In this document: in pieces, positions 8,297 to 20,000 of the stretch
How the letters are laid out: each line of letters begins with the position of its first letter
How positions within the stretch are numbered: position 1 is the first letter of the stretch
IMG/VR virus record: IMGVR_UViG_3300015371_000022
DNA: 20,000 nt
Reading direction: 5' to 3' (one strand)
Source: an uncultured virus (IMG/VR IMGVR_UViG_3300015371_000022)
Lineage: Duplodnaviria > Heunggongvirae > Uroviricota > Caudoviricetes
Notes under the pieces: generated by a model
Database searches by the model: none
Seen by the model: only the letters and a program-made list of their open reading frames with translations
What the model was told of the DNA's origin: nothing
Translations under genes and position numbers: made by a program

Positions 8297-8513
8297 ACGT
8301 CCGCGGCTTGATCGCCTTCTCCGACTTGGTATCCCCCTCGGCCTTGCTGAGGGGGTCTTTCTTGGCACCGTAGTCGCGCTTCTCGGTGTTGACCGGTGCC
8401 GTGAAGATGTTGGGGGTCTTGTAGAATTTCGAGGTCGAGTTGAAGCACTCGCCCCCCTGCGCGTACTTGGCACTGACCGGGCCTTTGCCCTTAGATCCTT
8501 CGCTCAGTCTCAT
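8295..8513 (-). CDS. Small Lys-rich hypothetical protein containing a YAQGG motif
   Basis: 72 aa. AAAGGA RBS upstream, ATG overlaps the previous stop (ATGA), and it ends at the terminator. Confidence 0.75.
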   Translation of the reverse strand: MRLSEGSKGKGPVSAKYAQGGECFNSTSKFYKTPNIFTAPVNTEKRDYGAKKDPLSKAEGDTKSEKAIKPRT

Positions 8514-8676
8514 TTGCGTTTTCCTTTCGGTTTCGACATCCCTGCCTCCGACAACGCGATCGCGACTGCCTGTTTACGGTTGGTCACCACCTTGCCGGTG
8601 CCGCCGGAATGCAGCTTGCCCTGCTTGAACCGCCGCATCTCCTGCTCGACGCCTTTCTGTCCCTTGGCTACTGGCA

Positions 8677-8677
<1 letters not shown>
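8510..8677 (-). CDS. DUF6496-like small basic protein (55 aa; absent from the ORF track)
   Basis: Manual translation: MPVAKGQKGVEQEMRRFKQGKLHSGGTGKVVTNRKQAVAIALSEAGMSKPKGKRK*. The FK.G.LHSG...V...KQA.AIALSEA pattern is typical of DUF6496. Coupled on both sides (TAATG at 8679-8675, ATGA at 8513-8510). Confidence 0.85.
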
Positions 8678-14361
<5,684 letters not shown>

Positions 14362-14364
14362 GGC

Positions 14365-17300
14365 TCACTGCGACAGCGGCACCGTCGGCCTGGCCGGCGC
14401 TTGCTCGGTCGGCCGCAGGCTCCACTTGCCGGTGGATTTGGAGCGGCCCCACTGCATTCCCTTCGGAGCCGGATACGGCTCCTCGTTGCCGCGATAGGTC
14501 TCGAGGTCGACTTTGCCATTGCCACCGTTCGGTGCAGCGGTCGCCGGCTCGCTGGTTTTCGCACCACCGCCGGTCCCCCGGTCAGGTGGAGCAGCCGGTG
14601 CCGTCGGCCGTGCCGGTGGTGCGTTGGAATCCGGCTGCAATCGCGGCCGCAACTGCTCCCACATATCATTCTCGATTGCGGTCTGCCGGATCTTGTCGAG
14701 CAGCTGACGGTCTTGTTCGGTGTAGCTGTAGGGCAAGCCCAGTTTACCATCCGGCGTATTTTGGTGCGCCTTAACCCGGTTCTCGAGATCTTGAAACGCC
14801 AGCCGCTCACGCTGCATGCCCATCTGCGTCAGCCGCTGCTCGAGCGCGCGGTTGTTCAGATTGCGCTGGGTCTCTTCGAACCGCCGCTGAGTAGCATCGG
14901 CTTGTTGTTGCCTGGTGGTCTGACCCTGAGTAAATCGCTCTTGTCGCGCTGTCCGTTCACGCAATGTATCTTCGTATCTCGATCGTTTGCCGCGATCCTC
15001 AGCGTTGGGATAGGCCTGGAACGCCTGTTGCTTGATCGCATACTCCTTCATGTCCGATTGATATTGCGCGCGCTTCTGTTCAGGTGTGCCATGGTAAGGC
15101 TCACCATAGCGACGCACTGATCCGTCCGGCCGCAGGTTCGGATCTTGTCGCTGCCCCTGCTGGGTCTGCTGCGGCTGTTGCTGTTGGTTCGGCTGTTGCT
15201 GCGCCGGTCCGGTCTGTTGCACCGTCGGTCCGGTCTGTTGCCCCGTCGGTCCAGTCTGCGCGCGCGGCGGCTTGTTGGGATCGGTGGTCGAACCTGCCCG
15301 TACCGGAGCGTTCTGAGCTCCACCCTGGCCGGTCGTCTCCGGCGTGACGGTGTTGGTCGCCGGATCGAACGTCCTGCGAGCCGGCGAGTTCTGATAGCCG
15401 GTGCCTTGTCCGGCCGGCGGCGGCTGGTCTGGCCTGATCGCGTTCGGATTGTATGACGGCCGCCCGGTGATCGGATCCGCCCCGCGCGTCGGCATCTGCG
15501 GGATGTCATATCCCGTGCGGGGAGCGCCTTGGGTGCCTGGAGGATACGTCCCATTCCAACCCGGCTGTCCCGGCAGGGGGCCATGAAAGCCTGGTTGCCC
15601 CTGCTGGGCGAGCGGCATGCCGTCGCGGCCAAGATCGTAGGTGTGGCCACCGACATCGTAATAACGTCGGGAGAACTGTCCGCCACGGGGAACACCGCTT
15701 GGCCAGCCATCGGGGTCGCGCACATCGCGGCCGTACTTCTGATATCCGCGCGGCGGACGCTCGATGTCGTACTTGCCGGACGCCGCGGCGTTCGAGCGCC
15801 CGGTGATCACATCACCCGGCCGCTGGTTCTGCCATTGCTGCCTGCGATCGGCCACCTGCGCAGCCGACGGCAGGCGCTCGGGTGGCATCTGGTCGGCTGC
15901 AGCCGGTCGCGGCCGCGGGGTCGGCACGCCTTCTGCTGGTGCCGGCTGTGCTCCTGCCGGTGCCGGCTGGTTCGCTGGCGGATTGACTGGCGGCGGCTGC
16001 ATCGCACCCGCGACCTGGTAGGGCGGCGCGTTCTCCGGATCCATGCCTTGCGGCGCTGCGCGTGAAGCCTGCTGCAGCCCGTGGTCGATGCCCTGCTGGG
16101 CCGCAATGTCGAAGACACTGCCTGCGCCTTTGACGTAGTCTTGGAATTGCTGGGGGGTCAGATGGTAGGTGCGCGCAGCCTCGCCGTTCTCCGGCCGCAC
16201 GATCGCAGTGATCAGCCCGTTCTCGGTCGGGTGGAACGAAACCTGGTTGCCGTTCGGGATGAGATTGTTCATCCGCTCGGCGATCTGCAGTGCCTGGACC
16301 CACTGCCCCTGCCCAACGGCCGCTGTCATCGCTGCCCGCAGGTTGTCGTAGGATGGCCGCAGCGACTGGACAAAGCGCGATGCTCCATCCATGTCGCCCC
16401 GCCCCACCAGATCCTGAAACGCCTTGCGAATGGCACCGCTCTGGTCGAGGTGCGGGTTCTCCTGGGTTGCCCGGTCGAGCAGCTGGGTCATCTGCTCGGG
16501 CGTAAAATTGCGCTGGCCCTGCAAGTACTCCTGCAGTCCTTGCGGCGCTGACGCTGGAGCCTGTGCTGGAGCCTGTGCTGGAGCCTGTGGCGCTGCTGGC
16601 TGCGTCGGCCCTTGCTGCGTCCGCGGCATGGCAACAGGGGGCTGCTGTGGTTGCCCCTGCGGTTGGACCGGCGGCAGTCCTTCCTCCGGCCCAGCCGACT
16701 CTGGTGGTGCCGTAGCCGGCGGTGGGGGCAGGCCGACGGGTGCCTGCCCCGCCGGCAGCGAGGGCCGTTGCCCGGGTTGTTCCGGGAGCTCGGCCACTTG
16801 CTGCGGCCGCTGTGGCTGGTTGGCCTGGTCGAGGCCGAACTGCTTGCGGGTGTAGTCGAGCACGTCCCTTAGCTGCTGCTCGGGATCGCTGTCGGCACGC
16901 TGCTGTGGCTGGTAGCCGACCGGCTGGGCGGCCGCGTCTTCCTGGTCCTGCAACGCTCGAGGGTCGCGGTCAGCCTGGTCGCCAGGAGGTGCGTTATAGC
17001 CAGTCGGAGCACCGCCACCGCCGCCCGCAGGCTCGCCACCACCTTCCTCCTCACCCTCGCCTTCCTCCTGCGGCGGCTGGCGGCCACCGCCTGCAGGCTC
17101 GCCACCGCCGCCCTCGTCTTCCTCGCCACCGCCTTCCTCGGACGGCTCGCGCGCCATTGGCGGCTCTTCGTCTTCGCCCCCTTCGTCCGGCATGCGAGTG
17201 GGTAGCGGCTCTTCCTCATCCTCCGGCTCCTCGAGCTCGGGCTCCTCGGTATTGTCCTCGGTCTCGTACTCCTCCTCGACGTCACCACCCTCGGCATAGC

Positions 17301-18003
17301 CCAACCGCTTGCGCACCGGCCCACCGCGGGCATAGCCCTCGCCTTCCTCTGACGGTGCCGACGGAGCTCCCTCCGGCCTGGTGCCCAGCGGCTCGGCGTC
17401 CTCGACGGCGTGATCAGGATCGTGCGAGCGACTGTCGAGCGCGAGCGACATCATCACTGGCCCAGAGACGCCGTAACCGACGTTGCCGCCGGCCGCATAG
17501 CCGGTGATCGGACCGCCCGTGGTGACCGGCCCGCCCGCGATGTAACCCTTGCGCTTGCCGCGCTGCCGACGACGTCTGCGTTTGCTCACGGGACCACCTC
17601 GCTTGTAGCTGTGCGAGTCCTCTGCATCGGCGGCAGAGACATCGGTATCTTCAGACGCTGGATCTGCAGATTGCTGCGCACTCTCCATGCCACGCTCTTC
17701 GCCGCGCAGGTCTTCAGCCGTGGTCTGGTCATCCCGCGCTGGCGGGGTTTCCCACTCCTGGTAGGAATCCCCTGGCAGCAGCTCGCGGTAGCGATCCGGC
17801 GGCGTTCCCAGATTGGCCGGCGGCTCGGGGTAATAGCGATCCGGCGGATTGATATCCGGCGGGAGCTCGGTATCCCGGCCCCACGGCGGCTCGATGTAGG
17901 GGATGTCGACCATGCCGCCCCTGGCATAGCCAAGGGGCTGGGGTCGGCGCATATCACTGCGCCGACCCACAGCCGGTCCGCCGCGCATATTAGTGTTGTC
18001 CAT
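14365..18003 (-). CDS. Large low-complexity late protein, probable internal virion/ejection protein (~1212 aa)
   Basis: Open frame. Likely start is ATG 18003 or ATG 17988, next to the upstream stop, rather than 18048. Repeated YxxGG motifs, E/G- and P/Q-rich tracts, one apparently folded core (~16080-16530). Stop lies 3 nt before the next ATG. Confidence 0.75.
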   Translation of the reverse strand: MDNTNMRGGPAVGRRSDMRRPQPLGYARGGMVDIPYIEPPWGRDTELPPDINPPDRYYPEPPANLGTPPDRYRELLPGDSYQEWETPPARDDQTTAEDLRGEERGMESAQQSADPASEDTDVSAADAEDSHSYKRGGPVSKRRRRRQRGKRKGYIAGGPVTTGGPITGYAAGGNVGYGVSGPVMMSLALDSRSHDPDHAVEDAEPLGTRPEGAPSAPSEEGEGYARGGPVRKRLGYAEGGDVEEEYETEDNTEEPELEEPEDEEEPLPTRMPDEGGEDEEPPMAREPSEEGGGEEDEGGGGEPAGGGRQPPQEEGEGEEEGGGEPAGGGGGAPTGYNAPPGDQADRDPRALQDQEDAAAQPVGYQPQQRADSDPEQQLRDVLDYTRKQFGLDQANQPQRPQQVAELPEQPGQRPSLPAGQAPVGLPPPPATAPPESAGPEEGLPPVQPQGQPQQPPVAMPRTQQGPTQPAAPQAPAQAPAQAPASAPQGLQEYLQGQRNFTPEQMTQLLDRATQENPHLDQSGAIRKAFQDLVGRGDMDGASRFVQSLRPSYDNLRAAMTAAVGQGQWVQALQIAERMNNLIPNGNQVSFHPTENGLITAIVRPENGEAARTYHLTPQQFQDYVKGAGSVFDIAAQQGIDHGLQQASRAAPQGMDPENAPPYQVAGAMQPPPVNPPANQPAPAGAQPAPAEGVPTPRPRPAAADQMPPERLPSAAQVADRRQQWQNQRPGDVITGRSNAAASGKYDIERPPRGYQKYGRDVRDPDGWPSGVPRGGQFSRRYYDVGGHTYDLGRDGMPLAQQGQPGFHGPLPGQPGWNGTYPPGTQGAPRTGYDIPQMPTRGADPITGRPSYNPNAIRPDQPPPAGQGTGYQNSPARRTFDPATNTVTPETTGQGGAQNAPVRAGSTTDPNKPPRAQTGPTGQQTGPTVQQTGPAQQQPNQQQQPQQTQQGQRQDPNLRPDGSVRRYGEPYHGTPEQKRAQYQSDMKEYAIKQQAFQAYPNAEDRGKRSRYEDTLRERTARQERFTQGQTTRQQQADATQRRFEETQRNLNNRALEQRLTQMGMQRERLAFQDLENRVKAHQNTPDGKLGLPYSYTEQDRQLLDKIRQTAIENDMWEQLRPRLQPDSNAPPARPTAPAAPPDRGTGGGAKTSEPATAAPNGGNGKVDLETYRGNEEPYPAPKGMQWGRSKSTGKWSLRPTEQAPARPTVPLSQ

Positions 18004-19999
18004 AGCCTGTCTGCTGCGGCTTCTGCCCGCCGTTCTGACCAACCTCACGCGCCTGCTTGATCAGCTTGTAGAAAAACTCCTTGCCCTTCCAGGTCGCGAC
18101 GTCCTTGGGGATGACGAACTCGCCGGCATTGAGCCGCGCGTCGACATCGTCCACTCGAGAGCCGCCGGAGGGTGAGAGCTCGCGCGAGACAAAGCCACCC
18201 TGCGTAGCTTGCCCCGGATTCGGCCCAGCAGCGCCGCCTCGAGCCATCCGCTGCGGCGGCTGCATAGTGCCACCCGGCATCGGCATTGCGCCGGCCTGCG
18301 ACTGCGGCATGCCGTTGGCCTGGATGTAACCACGCCGTGGCATGGCCGGTGGCCCGCCGGCTCCCATCTGGGTGATAGTCGGTGCCGGCGTCGGTCCCAT
18401 CGGCCGCGGTGGCACCCGGCCGCCCATGGCCATGCCAGGCGGCCGCGGCCGCGGCGGCGGGCGATCCGGACGGCCGCCCGGAGTGGGTGGACCGAACGGG
18501 AGCCGCGGGTTGGGGCGGTAGCCGGTCATCGGCGGGCCGCGTCGCATAGGACGTCGGGGTCCGCGCATAGGCCCTGCGGGTCGCCGCATAGGACGCCTCG
18601 GTCCGCGCATATTCATCGGCATCGGTTCTCTCCGCTTCCTCACCACACCGCCGCGGGCGTAGTCGCCCTCGTCACCACCGCTATAATCGCCGCCGCTGTC
18701 ATCGCCGCCGCCCTCATCGCCCCAGTAGTCGCCGCCGCTGTCATCGCCGCCACCTTCATCGCTGCCCCAGCTATCGCCGTAGTCGTAGCTGTCGTCGTAG
18801 CTTTGATCGTCGAAGTTGGACTGGTCATCCATCCAGCTGGTGTCGTCCTGCCAGCTGCTATCGTCGTAGCTGTCATCGAACTGGCTGGCGTCCCACTCAT
18901 CGCCGCTGCCCCAGTCGTCGTAGCTTTGATCGTCGTAGCTTTGGTCGTCGTAGCTCTGGTCGCCGTAATCGTCCCAGCCGGTGTCGCTGTAGTCGTCCTG
19001 GCCGCTGTAATCCTCCCAACCGGTGTCGCCAAAGTCGTACTCCTGGTCGCCGCCCCAGTCGGTCTGGTCGCCCCAATCGTCATACTGGTTGGAATCGAAC
19101 TGGCTGTAGTCCTCGCCGGCATACGGGTCGTATTGAGTAAAATCCTCGCCGCTGAAGTCGGCTCCGGTGTAATCGCCGCCGTACTGATCGCCGGTCCCGG
19201 AGACGTCGTCATATTGGTTGGGGTCGTAGGTATCCATGCTGGGGTCGTAGTCCCCAGTGAAGCCGTAGCCCTCGTCGCCCATCGGCGCGTACAGATTGTC
19301 TTCGGGCGAGCCCCAGCCGGCGAATGGATCAGCGTATTGCCCCTCGGTATCGTACTGCGTCGGGTCGAACTGCCCCTGATAGTCACCCGGCAGCTGGTAA
19401 TCCGGCGTGTCCTCGGGATTGACACCACCCTGATCGCCCGTCGGCACCTGCCAATAATCGTCACCGGCCGTTTGGAACGGCGGGGCGTTCTCCGGATCGA
19501 AGTCACCGGTTTGCAGCGGGTTGCCTTCGCCGAGAGGATTCTCGTCAGATCTTAGGTTTGGATCGTTCCGTAGCTCGTTGGGAGACCGCAGATCGGGTGG
19601 TCCGGTTAAATCTTCATTGGTGTCTGTATCAGTTCCTGTTTGGGGGTCGGGATAGTAATCATTGCGCGGCTGGGCATCGTGCTCATCCGGGAAATTGGGC
19701 TCTTGTTCAGGCGGCCGCCCCCACTCGTCGTCCGGAACCGGCGGCGTTGGCGGGTATTCGTCACCTCCCGGCGGACCTGGCTTGTCAGGATCCGGCTCGG
19801 GCGGCGGCTTGTCGGGATCTTGCTCCGGCGGCGGCTTGTCGGGATCTTGCTCCGGCGGTGGCTTGTCGGGATCTCTCTCCGGCGGCGGCGGCGGTGGCGG
19901 CGGTGGCGGTTCGTCTTTCGGCTTCTCGGGTTTGCCGGGTTTGCTAGTCGGTGGACGAGGTTCGGCCGGCGCTCGCGGTTGCTGCTGTCCACCGCCACC
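17990..19999 (-). CDS. 5'-truncated low-complexity late protein (at least 669 aa in window) with C-terminal GG...DD..ARL..GEFV domain
   Basis: Manual translation shows the 17990-19447 frame stays open to the window edge (GGGGQQQPRAPAEPRPP...KDEP10ERDPDKPPPEQDPDK...DPENAPPFQTAGDDYWQVPTGD...). C-terminus is QGGFVSRELSPSGGSRVDDVDARLNAGEFVIPKDV. Confidence 0.8.
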   Translation of the reverse strand, partial: GGGGQQQPRAPAEPRPPTSKPGKPEKPKDEPPPPPPPPPPERDPDKPPPEQDPDKPPPEQDPDKPPPEPDPDKPGPPGGDEYPPTPPVPDDEWGRPPEQEPNFPDEHDAQPRNDYYPDPQTGTDTDTNEDLTGPPDLRSPNELRNDPNLRSDENPLGEGNPLQTGDFDPENAPPFQTAGDDYWQVPTGDQGGVNPEDTPDYQLPGDYQGQFDPTQYDTEGQYADPFAGWGSPEDNLYAPMGDEGYGFTGDYDPSMDTYDPNQYDDVSGTGDQYGGDYTGADFSGEDFTQYDPYAGEDYSQFDSNQYDDWGDQTDWGGDQEYDFGDTGWEDYSGQDDYSDTGWDDYGDQSYDDQSYDDQSYDDWGSGDEWDASQFDDSYDDSSWQDDTSWMDDQSNFDDQSYDDSYDYGDSWGSDEGGGDDSGGDYWGDEGGGDDSGGDYSGGDEGDYARGGVVRKRREPMPMNMRGPRRPMRRPAGPMRGPRRPMRRGPPMTGYRPNPRLPFGPPTPGGRPDRPPPRPRPPGMAMGGRVPPRPMGPTPAPTITQMGAGGPPAMPRRGYIQANGMPQSQAGAMPMPGGTMQPPQRMARGGAAGPNPGQATQGGFVSRELSPSGGSRVDDVDARLNAGEFVIPKDVATWKGKEFFYKLIKQAREVGQNGGQKPQQTGYGQH
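18683..18760 (-). repeat. Two copies (42-nt period) encoding DEGGGDDSGGDY
   Basis: Near-identical units at 18683-18718 and 18725-18760. Confidence 0.85.
18915..18959 (-). repeat. 15-bp x3 tandem repeat encoding (QSYDD)3
   Basis: tcgtcgtagctttga / tcgtcgtagctttgg / tcgtcgtagctctgg. Confidence 0.9.
19800..19880 (-). repeat. 27-bp x3 coding tandem repeat (E[QR]DPDKPPP)
   Basis: ggcggcggcttgtcgggatcttgctcc twice plus ggcggtggcttgtcgggatctctctcc, with a degenerate fourth copy at ~19773-19799. In frame with the CDS. Confidence 0.9.
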
Positions 20000-20000
20000 A

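Noticed and set aside
19445..19447. GTG 19447 as the start of a 485-aa protein, and separate ORF 19606-19998
   Set aside because: The frame stays open to the window end with continuous Pro/acidic composition. The 130-aa ORF is an alternative frame of the same repeats.
19773..19880. 27-bp repeats as a CRISPR array
   Set aside because: Head-to-tail with no spacers, a multiple of three, and encodes a peptide repeat.
17990..19999. Calling the GEFV-domain protein a tape-measure protein
   Set aside because: The visible part is Pro/Asp/Gly-rich and disordered rather than helical, and neighbours resemble ejection proteins. The N-terminus is outside the window.

Overview
GC-rich segment of a tailed dsDNA phage or prophage genome, most consistent with a podovirus-like layout. 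The + strand (76-8243) carries a tightly packed replication module: HTH-like protein, VRR-NUC nuclease, SNF2-like helicase, small conserved phage protein, Cys-containing SSB-like protein and an AEP primase/DUF927 helicase fusion. After it comes a two-gene cassette (wHTH-like + degenerate ParB/DGQHR-like) and an intrinsic terminator at 8261-8296. The - strand (8295->20000) carries the end of a late operon: a >670-aa low-complexity protein running off the window, a ~1212-aa protein, a 1894-aa polyvalent protein (zincin HExxH + LPD38-like C-terminus), and two small basic proteins (one DUF6496-like, missing from the ORF track). The most unusual signals are short peptides shared between otherwise unrelated proteins: (i) a 22-aa segment in both the SSB-like N-terminus and the primase linker (13/22 identical, ungapped), (ii) ENAPP[YF]Q[VT]AG once in each of the three large late proteins, (iii) a dispersed [YM]xxGGx[VI] motif with a single GEFV domain, (iv) clustered QxxLP[LF] clamp-motif-like repeats. 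Family assignments come from motif recognition only; no searches were run.
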